Shown piece by piece: positions 1-10,183 of a stretch of DNA of 64,000 bases. The stretch is from an uncultured delta proteobacterium (lineage in GTDB: Bacteria; Desulfobacterota; Binatia; HRBIN30; BPIQ01): the NCBI GenBank assembly GCA_963761335.1, contig CAVXGR010000018.1, positions 1,056,001 to 1,120,000 of the forward strand, written 5' to 3'. The notes under the pieces were generated by a model, which made no database searches, was not told the DNA's origin, and worked only from the letters and a program-made list of their open reading frames with translations. Positions within the stretch are counted from its first letter, which is position 1. Each line of letters starts with the position of its first letter. Made by a program: the position numbers and the translations under genes.

Positions 1-721
1 GCGTCCAGAGGCCGTGCGCCGCAGTGGCGCCAAGATCCTGCGGCTGCTCGCCGCGGTGGCGGCGCGCACCCGACCGAGCCGGCGGCCGATCGCCGAGGTG
101 CTGCAGCGCGGCTGGGCGGCTCGGGAGCCGCAGGTGAGATCGCTCCTGCAAGCGGCGCTGGTGCTCTACGCCGACAACGGCCTCAATCCCTCGAGCTTCA
201 CGGCTCGCTGCGTCGCCTCGGCCGGGGCGACGCCGTACGCGCTGGTGTCGGCGGGTCTGGCGGCCCTGCAGGGAACCAAGCACGGCGGCGCCTGCGAGCG
301 CGCCGAGGGGTTGCTGGCCGAAGCCGGCGAGGCGCGCGGGGCCCGCGCCGCGGTGGTGGCGCGGCTGCGGCGCGGCGAGGCGATCCCCGGCTTCGGCCAT
401 CCGCTCTATCCCGACGGCGACCCGCGCGGCGGCCTGCTGATGAAGCTGATCATCGAGGCCCGCCCGCGCTCACCCCAGGTGGCCCTGGCGCGCGCCGTCG
501 CCGACGCCGCCGCCGAGCTGATGAGCCAACACCCGACCATCGACTTCGGCGTCGTCACCCTGTGCCGGGCCTTGCAGCTGCCGGCCGATGCGCCGCTGTC
601 GCTGCTCGGGCTCGGGCGCGTCGTCGGCTGGATCGCCCACGGCCTCGAGCAGTACGAAGAGGGCCGCGAGATCCGCCCGCGGGCCCGTTACGCCGGCGAG
701 CTGCCCGCCGTGAGTCGGTAG
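1..721 (+). CDS. Citrate synthase family protein, C-terminal part (5' end outside the window)
   Basis: Motifs LYADNGLNPSSFTAR, GTKHGGA, IPGFGHPLYPDGDPR, TIDFG, GRVVGWIAH, IRPRARY; TAG at 719-721. Confidence 0.85.
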   Translation, partial: RPEAVRRSGAKILRLLAAVAARTRPSRRPIAEVLQRGWAAREPQVRSLLQAALVLYADNGLNPSSFTARCVASAGATPYALVSAGLAALQGTKHGGACERAEGLLAEAGEARGARAAVVARLRRGEAIPGFGHPLYPDGDPRGGLLMKLIIEARPRSPQVALARAVADAAAELMSQHPTIDFGVVTLCRALQLPADAPLSLLGLGRVVGWIAHGLEQYEEGREIRPRARYAGELPAVSR

Positions 722-883
722 CCCACCTGGGAGTGCGGCCGTCCCGGCCGCAGCGGGTAACGGAGGAGAGGCGTCTCACTTCCCGGGAATCTCGCCGCCG
801 CCGCTCTCTTACAATTAGGAGAGCGATCTGCGCTGTGGCCGGGCGCGGTCCGGCGGAGGGGCGGCGCAGACGCCGGGATCGAT

Positions 884-899
884 TGGCGCGAATCCTGCT
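884..899 (+). promoter_or_regulatory. Putative sigma54 (-24/-12) promoter of the hyp/hyb operon
   Basis: TGGCGCGAATCCTGCT has GG-N10-GC spacing and lies ~90 bp upstream of hypF. Confidence 0.55.
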
Positions 900-988
900 C
901 ATCCAGATCGGGCAACCGGGGCTGGCCGTGGAGCAGCGGTGGTCGAGGCCGTGAAACGGCTCGCCTGCGGAGGAATGGAATATTCCAG

Positions 989-3343
989 GTGCTGATCACG
1001 GGCCCGACAGCCTTCGCGCAGACAGAAGCAGCCCCCGCCGGTGTGCGCATCGAGATCGAGGGGATGGTCCAAGGCGTCGGCTTTCGTCCGTGGGTGTGGA
1101 CCCTGGCGCGAGCCGTGGCGATCCGGGGCAGGGTGTGGAACCACACCACCGGTGTGACCATCGAGGCGTTCGGTGAGGGGGACCGGCTGTTGCGGTTCGT
1201 CGATCAGCTGGAGCGCCCGCCGATGCCGGCGGCGGAGGTGCGCGAGCTCCGCTGCCAAACTATTCCCGCCGAGGCGATCGACTCCTTCGAGATCGTCGCC
1301 AGCCGCGGCGGGGAGCGGCGACGACCGTCGATTCCCGCCGACCTTGCCACCTGTGGCGACTGCCGGCGCGAGCTCTTCGATCGCCGCGATCGCCGGTACG
1401 GCTACGCCTTCATCAACTGCACTCGCTGTGGCCCCCGATACACCATCGCCCTCGATGTCCCCTACGACCGGGCGCGCACGACGATGGCGGACTTTCCCAT
1501 GTGCGAGTTCTGCCGCCGCGAGTACGAGAGCCCCGCCGATCGGCGCTTTCACGCCCAGCCCAACGCCTGCCCGCAGTGCGGGCCGCAGCTGCGCTTGGTG
1601 GACGGCGCCGGCGAGGCAATTGGCGGCGCGCCGATCGCCGCGGCGGCGCGGCTGCTGCGCGCCGGCGGCATTCTCGCGGTGAAAGGCCTGGGTGGATATC
1701 ACCTCGCCTGCGACGCCACCGATGCCGCCGCCGTAACCGCGCTGCGGAGCCGCAAGTACCGCGACGCCAAACCGTTTGCGGTCATGGTGCGGAGCCTGGA
1801 GCACGCCGCCCGCGTGGCGATCCTCGGCGACGCCGATCGCGATCTGCTCGCCTCCCCGCAGCGGCCCATCGTGCTGGTGCCGCGCCTGGCAAGTGGCCCG
1901 CTCGCCAGCGAGGTGGCACCGCAGAATCCGCTGGTCGGCCTGATGCTGCCCTACACGCCGCTGCACGAGCTGCTTCTCGCCGAAGCCGGCGCCCCGCTGG
2001 TGATGACCTCGGGAAACCGCAGCGACGAGCCGATGGTCTGCGACGACGATGAGGCGCTGCTCTATCTCGGCGGCGATATCGCCGCCGCCATCCTGCAGCA
2101 CGATCGCGCCATCGCCAATCGCTGCGACGACTCGGTGGCGCGCGTGATCGGCGGCCGGCCGGTGCTGCTGCGCCGCAGCCGCGGCTGGGTTCCGGGCAAT
2201 CTGCGCCTGCGACAGGGTTCGCCGCATCCCCTGCTGGCGTGCGGCGCGCACCTGAAGAACAGCTTCTGCCTCGCCGACGGCGAGGTCGCCTGGTTGGGGC
2301 CGCACGTCGGCGACCTGGAGACGCACGAGGCCTGCGCCGCCTTCGAGGACATGGTGGAGCGCTTCCAGCGCTTCGTCGGCGTCGTCCCCGAGGTGGTCGC
2401 CCATGATTTGCACCCCGACTACTTCACGACGCGCTGGGCGATGGAGCATCCGGCGCCGTTGCGCATCGGGGTACAGCACCACCATGCCCACATCGCCAGC
2501 GCCATGGCCGAGCACGGCGTCCAGGGTCCGGTGATCGGCCTCGCCTGGGACGGCACCGGCTACGGCACCGACGGCAGCGCTTGGGGGGGCGAGCTGCTGG
2601 TCGCCACCTTGGGCGAGTTCCGCCGCCTGGCAACCTTCCGGCCGATTCCACTCGCCGGTGGCGACCTCGCCATCCGCGAGATATGGCGCATCGCCCTGGC
2701 GCTGCTCGACGACGCCTTCGACGGAGATCCGCCGCTGCGCCGACTGGCGCTCTTCCGCGACCTCGACGAGGCGCGCCTGCAGGTGGCGCGGCGCATGATC
2801 GCCGCCGACTTGCAGGCGCCGCTGGCGCACGGGGTGGGCCGCTACTTCGACGCCTTCGGGGCCATCGCCCTGGCGAAGAGTGAGTCTCGTTACGAGGGCG
2901 AGGTGGCGATGCAGTGGGGCTTTGCGGCCGATCCGGCCGAGCGCCGCGCCTATCCTTTGGCGCTCGACGACCGAAGTGGCGTGGTCGCCGTCGACCTGCG
3001 CCAGGCGGTGCGCGCCGCCGTCGGCGACATTCTCGGCGGCAGGCCCGCGAGCGCGGTCTCCGGACGCTTCCACGCGACGCTGCGGGCGGCGGCGCTGGAG
3101 ATGGTGCGCCTGGCGGAGCGGCAGGTCGGCCGCGTGCCGGTGGTTCTCTCCGGAGGTTGCTTCCAGAACGCCCGCTTGCTCGAAGATCTGCGCGCCGCGC
3201 TGGCGCCGGGCTCGCGCCTGCTGACGCACGAGCACGTGCCCCCCAACGACGGCGGCATCGCTCTCGGGCAGGCGGTGGTCGCCGCAGCGCAGCTGCGCGG
3301 CGACGCGGGGCTCAACGGCGATCTCGGGGGAGGAGGCTGCTGA
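989..3343 (+). CDS. hypF: Carbamoyltransferase HypF
   Basis: GMVQGVGFRP acylphosphatase motif, two CxxC-x18-CxxC zinc fingers, KGLGGYHL, QHHHAH, PPNDGGIALGQ. Confidence 0.98.
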   Translation: MLITGPTAFAQTEAAPAGVRIEIEGMVQGVGFRPWVWTLARAVAIRGRVWNHTTGVTIEAFGEGDRLLRFVDQLERPPMPAAEVRELRCQTIPAEAIDSFEIVASRGGERRRPSIPADLATCGDCRRELFDRRDRRYGYAFINCTRCGPRYTIALDVPYDRARTTMADFPMCEFCRREYESPADRRFHAQPNACPQCGPQLRLVDGAGEAIGGAPIAAAARLLRAGGILAVKGLGGYHLACDATDAAAVTALRSRKYRDAKPFAVMVRSLEHAARVAILGDADRDLLASPQRPIVLVPRLASGPLASEVAPQNPLVGLMLPYTPLHELLLAEAGAPLVMTSGNRSDEPMVCDDDEALLYLGGDIAAAILQHDRAIANRCDDSVARVIGGRPVLLRRSRGWVPGNLRLRQGSPHPLLACGAHLKNSFCLADGEVAWLGPHVGDLETHEACAAFEDMVERFQRFVGVVPEVVAHDLHPDYFTTRWAMEHPAPLRIGVQHHHAHIASAMAEHGVQGPVIGLAWDGTGYGTDGSAWGGELLVATLGEFRRLATFRPIPLAGGDLAIREIWRIALALLDDAFDGDPPLRRLALFRDLDEARLQVARRMIAADLQAPLAHGVGRYFDAFGAIALAKSESRYEGEVAMQWGFAADPAERRAYPLALDDRSGVVAVDLRQAVRAAVGDILGGRPASAVSGRFHATLRAAALEMVRLAERQVGRVPVVLSGGCFQNARLLEDLRAALAPGSRLLTHEHVPPNDGGIALGQAVVAAAQLRGDAGLNGDLGGGGC

Positions 3344-3344
3344 C

Positions 3345-3608
3345 ATGTGCCTGGCGGTTCCCGGACAGGTCGTGGCCATCGACGGCGACGGAGAGCTGCG
3401 CTCGGCGCGCATCGATTTCGGCGGCGTGAGCCGGCAGGCCTCCCTCGTCTTCGTGCCGGAGGTCGAGCTTGGAGATTACGTCCTCGTCCACGTCGGCTTC
3501 GCGATCACGCGCATCGACGAGGAGGCGGCGCGCCAAGCGCTCGAGGCCTTGCGGACGGTCGGCGAGATGGAGATCGGCCCAGAGGGGGAGGGCGATGCGT
3601 CATCTTGA
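3345..3608 (+). CDS. hypC: Hydrogenase maturation chaperone HypC/HybG
   Basis: MCLAVPG N-terminus, [11 protein letters not shown]. Confidence 0.97.
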   Translation: MCLAVPGQVVAIDGDGELRSARIDFGGVSRQASLVFVPEVELGDYVLVHVGFAITRIDEEAARQALEALRTVGEMEIGPEGEGDASS

Positions 3609-4704
3609 CGAGTATCGCGATCCCGCCGTCGTTGGCGCCGTGCTGGCGCGCGTCGAGGGAGCCATGACGCGGCCCTGGACGCTGATGGAGGTGTGCGGCG
3701 GACAGACGCACTCGATCCTCAAGTTCGGCCTCGACGAGCTCCTGCCGCCCAGCCTGCGCCTCATCCACGGCCCCGGGTGCCCGGTCTGCGTCACGCCGCT
3801 CGAGCAGATCGACCGCGCCCTGGCGATCGCCGCCACCCCGGGAGTGATCTTCTGCTCCTTCGGGGACATGCTGCGCGTGCCCGGCAGCAGTGGCGATCTG
3901 CTCACCGCCAAGGCACACGGCGCCGACGTGCGCATCGTCTACTCGCCCCTCGACGCCGTCGCCATCGCCCGCCGCGAGCCCGAACGGCGGGTGGTCTTCT
4001 TCGCCGTCGGCTTCGAGACCACCGCGCCGGCCAACGCCATGGCGGTGTACACCGCGGCGCGCCAGGGCCTCGGCAACTTCTCGCTGCTGGTGGCGCATGT
4101 CCTGGTGCCGCCGGCTCTCGAGGCGCTGCTCTCCGCCCCGGGCAGCGAGATCCAGGGCCTGCTGGCGCCCGGACACGTCTGCGTGGTCACCGGCTATCGC
4201 GATTACGAGCCGATCGCGGCGCGCCATCACATCCCCATCGTGGTCACCGGCTTCGAGCCGCTCGACCTCTTGCGCGGCGTACACGCCGCGGTTCTGCAGC
4301 TCGAGCGCGGCGAGGCGCGCGTCGAGAATCAGTACGAGCGGGCCGCTGTCGCCGACGGCAACGCCGCCGCCCGCGCCCTGCTGCGCGAGGTCTTCGCCGT
4401 CTGCGACCGCAAGTGGCGGGGGGTCGGCGAGATCCCGGCGAGCGGCTACGCGCTGGCGCCGGCCTACGCCGCCTTCGATGCCGAGCGCATCTTCGGTCTC
4501 GGCGATCTGCGGGTGGCGGAGCCGGCCGACTGCCTGAGCGGTCTCGTCCTGCAGGGCCGGCTGCGGCCGACCGCCTGCCCGCAGTTCGGCCGGCGCTGCA
4601 CCCCGGAGCATCCGCTCGGCGCCACCATGGTGTCCTCCGAGGGCGCCTGTGCCGCCTACTTCCACTACGGCCGCGGGGCGGCGGCGGAGGAAGCCGCGGC
4701 ATGA
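3595..4704 (+). CDS. hypD: Hydrogenase maturation protein HypD
   Basis: [36 protein letters not shown] at 3595 overlaps the end of hypC. Confidence 0.97.
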   Translation: MRHLDEYRDPAVVGAVLARVEGAMTRPWTLMEVCGGQTHSILKFGLDELLPPSLRLIHGPGCPVCVTPLEQIDRALAIAATPGVIFCSFGDMLRVPGSSGDLLTAKAHGADVRIVYSPLDAVAIARREPERRVVFFAVGFETTAPANAMAVYTAARQGLGNFSLLVAHVLVPPALEALLSAPGSEIQGLLAPGHVCVVTGYRDYEPIAARHHIPIVVTGFEPLDLLRGVHAAVLQLERGEARVENQYERAAVADGNAAARALLREVFAVCDRKWRGVGEIPASGYALAPAYAAFDAERIFGLGDLRVAEPADCLSGLVLQGRLRPTACPQFGRRCTPEHPLGATMVSSEGACAAYFHYGRGAAAEEAAA

Positions 4705-5762
4705 ATCGCCTGGAGAGGCTCGGCGGCGGCTTCGCCTGTCCCCTCCCTGTGGATGACGACGGCGTGGTGCAGATGGCGCACGGCGGCGGCGGCCGCAAGA
4801 TGGCGCAGCTGATCGAGGGCGTCTTCTTGCCCGCCTTTGGCAGTGAGCCGCTCTCGCAGCTCGGCGACGGCGCCGTTCTCGAGGTCGGCGGGCAGCGCCT
4901 GGCGTTCACCACCGACACCTTCGTGGTGCAGCCGCCGTTCTTCCCCGGCGGCGACATCGGCTCTCTCGCCGTGCACGGCACCACCAACGACATCGCCATG
5001 TGCGGCGCCGAGCCGCTCGGCCTGAGCCTTGGCCTGGTGCTGGAGGAAGGCTTCCCGATGGCCGACCTGCGCCGCATCGTCGATTCGATCGCCGCCGCCA
5101 GCGCCGCCATCGGCACGGCCGTGGTCACCGGCGATACCAAGGTCGTCGACCGCGGCAAGGGCGACGGCATCTACATCAACACCTCGGCCATCGGCCGCGT
5201 GCGCGACGGGGTTGCCGTCGGCCCGCGGGGCGCCGCCCCGGGCGACGTCATTCTGGTCTCCGGACCGGTCGGCGATCACGGCATCGCCGTCATGGCGGCG
5301 CGCAACGGCATCGCCCTGGAGACGGAGCTGCGCTCCGACTCGGCGGCGGTGCTGCCGCTGGTGCGGGCGCTGCTCGATGCCGTGCCGCAGACCAAGGTGC
5401 TGCGCGATCCGACGCGCGGTGGCCTGGCGACCGCTCTGTGCGAGATCGCCGTCTCCTCCGGGGTGGGCATGTGCATCGAGGAGCCCGCCGTGCCGGTGCG
5501 GCCCGAGGTCCGCGGTGCCTGCGAGCTACTCGGCTTCGACCCACTGTACGTCGCCTGCGAAGGGCGCTTCATGGCCATCGTTCCGGCGCACGCCGCGGAC
5601 ACGGCGCTGGCGGCTCTGCGCCAGGCGCCGGCGGGGGCCATGGCGGCCCGCATCGGCGAGGTGACCGAGGCGGTGCCGGGACGGGTGTTGCTGCGCACCC
5701 GGATTGGCAGCCATCGCCGTCTGGAGAGGCTCTCCGGCGAGCAGCTGCCGAGGATCTGTTGA
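4701..5762 (+). CDS. hypE: Carbamoyl dehydratase HypE
   Basis: [27 protein letters not shown]-terminal PRIC; ATGA overlap with hypD. Confidence 0.97.
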   Translation: MNRLERLGGGFACPLPVDDDGVVQMAHGGGGRKMAQLIEGVFLPAFGSEPLSQLGDGAVLEVGGQRLAFTTDTFVVQPPFFPGGDIGSLAVHGTTNDIAMCGAEPLGLSLGLVLEEGFPMADLRRIVDSIAAASAAIGTAVVTGDTKVVDRGKGDGIYINTSAIGRVRDGVAVGPRGAAPGDVILVSGPVGDHGIAVMAARNGIALETELRSDSAAVLPLVRALLDAVPQTKVLRDPTRGGLATALCEIAVSSGVGMCIEEPAVPVRPEVRGACELLGFDPLYVACEGRFMAIVPAHAADTALAALRQAPAGAMAARIGEVTEAVPGRVLLRTRIGSHRRLERLSGEQLPRIC

Positions 5763-5769
5763 GGGCGCC

Positions 5770-6120
5770 ATGCACGAGTACTCTCTCGTCCAGGCGTTGC
5801 TGCAGCGAGTAGAGGAAGAGGCGCGCCTGCGCGAGGCCACCGCCGTGCACCGGGTGACGGTGCGCATCGGCCCTCTGGCCGGCGTCGAGCGCGAGCTGTT
5901 CGCCACCGCCTTCGATGTGTGCCGGCCCGGCACCCTGTGCGGCGCCGCCGAGTTGGTGATCGCCGAGGACGAGGTCGAGTGGCGCTGCGGCGCCTGCGGA
6001 GCCGCGATTCCCGCCGGCAGCGTTTTGACCTGCCCGTCGTGCGACTGGCCGGCGCGGCTGGTCGGCGGCGACGCTCTGACCCTGGAACGAATCGAGCTCG
6101 AGGTACCCCAAAATGTGTGA
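5770..6120 (+). CDS. hypA: Nickel metallochaperone HypA/HybF
   Basis: MHEYS N-terminus, CGAC and CPSC zinc motifs. Confidence 0.96.
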   Translation: MHEYSLVQALLQRVEEEARLREATAVHRVTVRIGPLAGVERELFATAFDVCRPGTLCGAAELVIAEDEVEWRCGACGAAIPAGSVLTCPSCDWPARLVGGDALTLERIELEVPQNV

Positions 6121-6835
6121 CGTCTGCGGATGTGGTGATCCCAAAGTCGTGCCCGTCGAGGTGCACGAGAACCTGCTGGCCGGCAACGATCGCACCGCCC
6201 AGCACAATCGGTCGCATCTGCGCGAGCACGGCGTGGTGACCATCAACCTGATGGGCTCGCCGGGCGCAGGGAAGACGGCCATTCTCGAGGCCACGGCGCG
6301 GTTGCTCGGAGGGCGCCGGCGCTTGGCGGCGATCACCGGCGACCTGGAGACGGAGCGCGATGCCGTGCGCCTGCGCGCCGCCGGCATTCCGGCGGCGGCG
6401 ATCACCACCGGCTCGGCCTGTCATCTCGACGCGGAGATGGTGCATCGCGCCCTGCACCGCGACCTCGACGATCACGGCGATTACCTGTTCATCGAGAACG
6501 TCGGCAACCTGGTCTGCCCGGCAATCTACGATCTGGGCCAGGACGCAAACGTCGTCGCCCTCTCGGTCACCGAGGGCGAGGACAAGCCGCTCAAGTATCC
6601 GGTCATGTTCCAGCGGGCCGATCTCGTCCTGCTGACCAAGACCGACCTGTTGCCGGCATTGCCGGAGTTCGACTGCGCCGCAGTCGAGGAGGCGCTGGCG
6701 CGGGTCATGCCGGCGCCGCGGATGATCGCCGTCTCGGCGCGCCGCGGCAGCGGCATGGATGAATGGGTCGAGTGGCTCGAACGACTGATCCGGCAGCGCC
6801 CGGCGGAGGCCGCGGCGCTGGCTGTCTCACAATGA
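6113..6835 (+). CDS. hypB: Nickel-insertion GTPase HypB
   Basis: MCDVCGC, GSPGAGKT, ACHLDA, ENVGNLVCP, EGEDKPLKYP. Confidence 0.97.
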   Translation: MCDVCGCGDPKVVPVEVHENLLAGNDRTAQHNRSHLREHGVVTINLMGSPGAGKTAILEATARLLGGRRRLAAITGDLETERDAVRLRAAGIPAAAITTGSACHLDAEMVHRALHRDLDDHGDYLFIENVGNLVCPAIYDLGQDANVVALSVTEGEDKPLKYPVMFQRADLVLLTKTDLLPALPEFDCAAVEEALARVMPAPRMIAVSARRGSGMDEWVEWLERLIRQRPAEAAALAVSQ

Positions 6836-6868
6836 AGAAATTGGCGATCTCCGCCGCGGAGGTGACTC

Positions 6869-8035
6869 ATGCCCGTCGAAATCGAAATGATCCCCACTGA
6901 GCCGGAGACCATCGGCGAACACCTGGTGCGCTGCGGCGTGAGCCGGCGGCAGTTTCTCAGGTTCTGCGCCGAGCTCATGGTGGTGGCGCCCGCCGGTCTG
7001 GCTCTCACCGACAAGGTGCACGCGGCCGAGGTGGCGCGCGACATTGCCAAGGCGCGCCGCCCCTCGGTGATCTGGCTGAACTTTCAGGACTGCACCGGGT
7101 GCACCGAGACGCTGCTGCGCACCTCGACACCGGATCTCGCCGAGCTGATCTTCCACCTCATCTCGCTCGACTACCACGAGACGATCATGGCGGCGGCCGG
7201 CAAGCAGGCGGAAGCGGCCCTGCAGTCGGCGATGGAGGAGAACGCCGGAAAGTACGTGCTGGTCGTCGAGGGGGCGATCCCCACCAAGGAGAACGGCATC
7301 TATATCAAGATCGCCGGCAAGCCGGGCCTCGACATTCTGAGGGACGTCGGCAGCCAGGCGGCGGCGATCATCGCCATCGGCTCGTGCGCCTCGTGGGGCG
7401 GCATCCCCTCGGCGGAGCCGAACCCCACCGGGGCCGTCGGCGTCGACGCCATCATCAAGGACAAGCCGATCGTCAACATCCCCGGCTGTCCGGCGAACCC
7501 GTACAACCTGCTGGGTACGGTGCTGCAGTACGCGCTCACCGGGACGCTGCCGGAGCTCGACAAGCTGAAGCGGCCGAAGTTCGCCTACGACCGCTACATC
7601 CACGATCACTGCCCGCGGCGGGCGCACTTCGATGCCGGCGAGTTCGCCCGCTCCTTCGGCGATGCCGGACATCGGCACGGCTGGTGCCTGTATCACCTCG
7701 GATGCAAGGGCCCGGTGACCCACGCCCCTTGCTCGACGCGGCACTTCAACGAGGTGGTCGACTGCTGGCCGATCGGCATCGGCGCTCCCTGTTACGGCTG
7801 CACCGAGCAGGAGATCGCCTTCCGCGTGCCGATGTTCGATACCGTCAAGCCGCACGACGTGGCGCCGCCGGACACCTACGCGCCGATCTACACCCCGCAG
7901 GGCCACATCAGCGCCGTGGCCGCCGGCGTCGCCGGGCTGGTCGGCGGCGCCCTCATCGGTGCCGGCCTGGCGGCATCGAGGAAGCTCGGACCTCCCGCCG
8001 AGGGCGGCTCCGAGGAGAAACCGCCAAAGGAGTGA
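6869..8035 (+). CDS. hybO: [NiFe]-hydrogenase small subunit (Tat signal, C-terminal TM anchor)
   Basis: SRRQFL Tat motif, CTGC, GSCASWGG, PGCP, HDHCPRR, GWCLYHLGCKGP, PCYGC, hydrophobic C-terminal helix. Confidence 0.95.
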   Translation: MPVEIEMIPTEPETIGEHLVRCGVSRRQFLRFCAELMVVAPAGLALTDKVHAAEVARDIAKARRPSVIWLNFQDCTGCTETLLRTSTPDLAELIFHLISLDYHETIMAAAGKQAEAALQSAMEENAGKYVLVVEGAIPTKENGIYIKIAGKPGLDILRDVGSQAAAIIAIGSCASWGGIPSAEPNPTGAVGVDAIIKDKPIVNIPGCPANPYNLLGTVLQYALTGTLPELDKLKRPKFAYDRYIHDHCPRRAHFDAGEFARSFGDAGHRHGWCLYHLGCKGPVTHAPCSTRHFNEVVDCWPIGIGAPCYGCTEQEIAFRVPMFDTVKPHDVAPPDTYAPIYTPQGHISAVAAGVAGLVGGALIGAGLAASRKLGPPAEGGSEEKPPKE

Positions 8036-8039
8036 TGCC

Positions 8040-8945
8040 ATGTCCCTGACCCGACGCGACGCATTGAAGCTGATGGTCGGTGCGGGCGGCGCCGCGGTGG
8101 CTACCGCGTGCACGCCGAGGAAGGCGGAGGCCGCCACGGCGCGGCCGGATGCGGTGGGAATGCTGTACGATGCGACCCTCTGCATCGGCTGCAAGTCGTG
8201 CATGGTGGCGTGCAACGAGGCCAACGACCTGCCGCCCGACACCTCGCTGTCGAACGGACTCTGGCAGATGCCGCTCGACCTCAACGCCCACACCAAGAAC
8301 ATCATCAAGCTCTACCAGGAGCCCGACGGCTCGGCGTACTCCTTCGTCAAGCGTCAGTGCATGCACTGCCTCGACCCGGCATGCGCCTCGGGATGCATGC
8401 TGGGGGCGCTGAGCAAGGGAGACCACGGCGTCGTCTCCTACAATCCGGACCTCTGTATCGGCTGCCGCTACTGCGAGATGGCGTGCCCGTTCAACATCCC
8501 GAAGTTCGAGTGGAGCACGGCGACGCCGAAGATCGTCAAGTGCGAGTTCTGCAAGGAGCGCCTCGCCCAGGGCAAGCAGCCGGCCTGCTGTGAGGTCTGC
8601 CCCACGGGGGCGGTGATCTTCGGAGAGTATACCGATCTGCTCACCGAGGCCCACAAGCGGCTGGATCGGCACCCGGGCCGCTACATCCCCAAGGTGTACG
8701 GCGAGTCGGAGGTCGGCGGCACGCAGGTGCTCTACCTGGCCTCCCTGGACTTCGCCAAGCTCGGCCTGCCGGCATACGGACCCGATCCGGTGCCCACCGG
8801 CGTGCGCGAGGTGTTCCAGGAGATCTATCAGGGCATCGTCCCGCCCGTGGCGCTGTACGCCCTGCTGGTCGCCGTACTGATGCGCAGCCGTCGCCAGCTC
8901 GCCGGTGAAGAGCCGGAGAAAGAGCAGGAGAGGGGGGAGTCATGA
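8040..8945 (+). CDS. hybA: Hydrogenase-2 Fe-S subunit HybA
   Basis: TRRDALK Tat motif; CIGCKSC, CMHCLDPAC, CIGCRYC, CEFC...C clusters; GGTQVLYL. Confidence 0.93.
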   Translation: MSLTRRDALKLMVGAGGAAVATACTPRKAEAATARPDAVGMLYDATLCIGCKSCMVACNEANDLPPDTSLSNGLWQMPLDLNAHTKNIIKLYQEPDGSAYSFVKRQCMHCLDPACASGCMLGALSKGDHGVVSYNPDLCIGCRYCEMACPFNIPKFEWSTATPKIVKCEFCKERLAQGKQPACCEVCPTGAVIFGEYTDLLTEAHKRLDRHPGRYIPKVYGESEVGGTQVLYLASLDFAKLGLPAYGPDPVPTGVREVFQEIYQGIVPPVALYALLVAVLMRSRRQLAGEEPEKEQERGES

Positions 8946-10171
8946 CCACGCACGTACAGCCGCAGCCGGTCGGCGGCGACGTCTTCACACGGCCGGTTCG
9001 GGTGATGACCGCCTTGGCGCTGCTCGCGGGTGGGCTCATCCTCTGGCGCTTTCTCGTCGGTCTCGGCCAGACCACGGCGCTCAACGACGGCTATGCGTGG
9101 GGCCTGTGGATCGCCTTCGACGTGGTCACCGGCAGCGCCCTGGCGTGCGGCGGCTATGCGCTGGCGCTCCTCGTCTACATCATCAATCGCGGCGAGTACC
9201 ACCCGCTGGTGCGCCCGGCGCTGGTCACCAGTGCCTTCGGCTACACGATGGCGGGCTTCTCGGTGATGATCGACCTCGGGCGCCCGTGGCTGGCGTACAA
9301 GCTGCCGTTCTTCTGGCACTGGAACCTGCGCTCGGTGCTGCTGGAGGTGGCCCTCTGCATCATGACCTACACCGTCGTGCTGTGGATCGAGCTGTCGCCG
9401 GCGTTTCTCGAGCGGGCGCGCCACAGCTCCATCCCGTGGGTGCGACAGGTCGGCAACGGCTGGCTGCCGTTCATGCGCAAGAGCCTGGTGTGGGTGGTGG
9501 CCTTCGGCGTCCTGCTGCCGACCATGCACCAGTCCGGCCTGGGCACGCTGCTGCTGCTCAGCGGTCCGCGCCTGCACCCGCTGTGGAACACCGTCATGCT
9601 GCCGTTGCTCTTCCTCTCCTCGTGCATCGCCATGGGCTTTGCCGTGGTGGTGATGGAGAGCGCCCTCTCGGCGCGGCTCCTCGGCCGCCGGCCGGAGACC
9701 GAGATGCTGGCGGGGCTGGGGTCGGTGATGCGGCCGGTGCTGTACGTGTACCTGGGGATCCGGCTCGTCGATCTGATCATGCGCAAGCAGATCGACCGGC
9801 TGTTCGCCTTCGACTCGTACAGCATCATGGCGCTGATCGAGTTCGCGCTCTTCATCGGCGCCCTCGCCCTGCTGCGCCAAGAGCGGCAGCGGCGGAACAT
9901 GCGCACCCTCTTCCGCGCCGCCATGCTCCTGCTGCTCGGCGGCGCCCTCTATCGCTTCGACGTCTTTCTCGTCGCCTTCTCGCCGGGAGCGAACTGGTCG
10001 TACTTTCCGAGCGTCACCGAGATCCTCGTCTCCGTCGGCCTGGTGGCGGCCGAGGTCGTCGGCTACATCCTGCTCATCAAGCGCTTCCCGATTCTCGCCG
10101 GGGTGCGGCCTGCGGCGCGGGAAGCGTCCCCGGCGGCGCCGCTGGCGCCGGCGGCATCAGCGGCATCATAG
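8942..10171 (+). CDS. hybB: Hydrogenase-2 NrfD/PsrC-family membrane subunit HybB
   Basis: WGLWIAFDV, YHPLVRPA, DLGRPW, LPTMHQS, YFPS; multiple TM helices. Confidence 0.93.
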   Translation: MTTHVQPQPVGGDVFTRPVRVMTALALLAGGLILWRFLVGLGQTTALNDGYAWGLWIAFDVVTGSALACGGYALALLVYIINRGEYHPLVRPALVTSAFGYTMAGFSVMIDLGRPWLAYKLPFFWHWNLRSVLLEVALCIMTYTVVLWIELSPAFLERARHSSIPWVRQVGNGWLPFMRKSLVWVVAFGVLLPTMHQSGLGTLLLLSGPRLHPLWNTVMLPLLFLSSCIAMGFAVVVMESALSARLLGRRPETEMLAGLGSVMRPVLYVYLGIRLVDLIMRKQIDRLFAFDSYSIMALIEFALFIGALALLRQERQRRNMRTLFRAAMLLLLGGALYRFDVFLVAFSPGANWSYFPSVTEILVSVGLVAAEVVGYILLIKRFPILAGVRPAAREASPAAPLAPAASAAS

Positions 10172-10183
10172 GGAGGAACGCAC

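Noticed and set aside
975..995. Short uORF MEYSRC overlapping the hypF start
   Set aside because: The SD-like GGAGGA abuts the ATG with no spacer; no evidence of function
899..3412. Long antisense and alternative-frame ORFs (e.g. 899-3412, 16803-18971, 39830-41899, 47270-50152)
   Set aside because: Shadow ORFs expected at high GC opposite or overlapping well-supported genes; Arg/Ala/Pro-rich with no motifs
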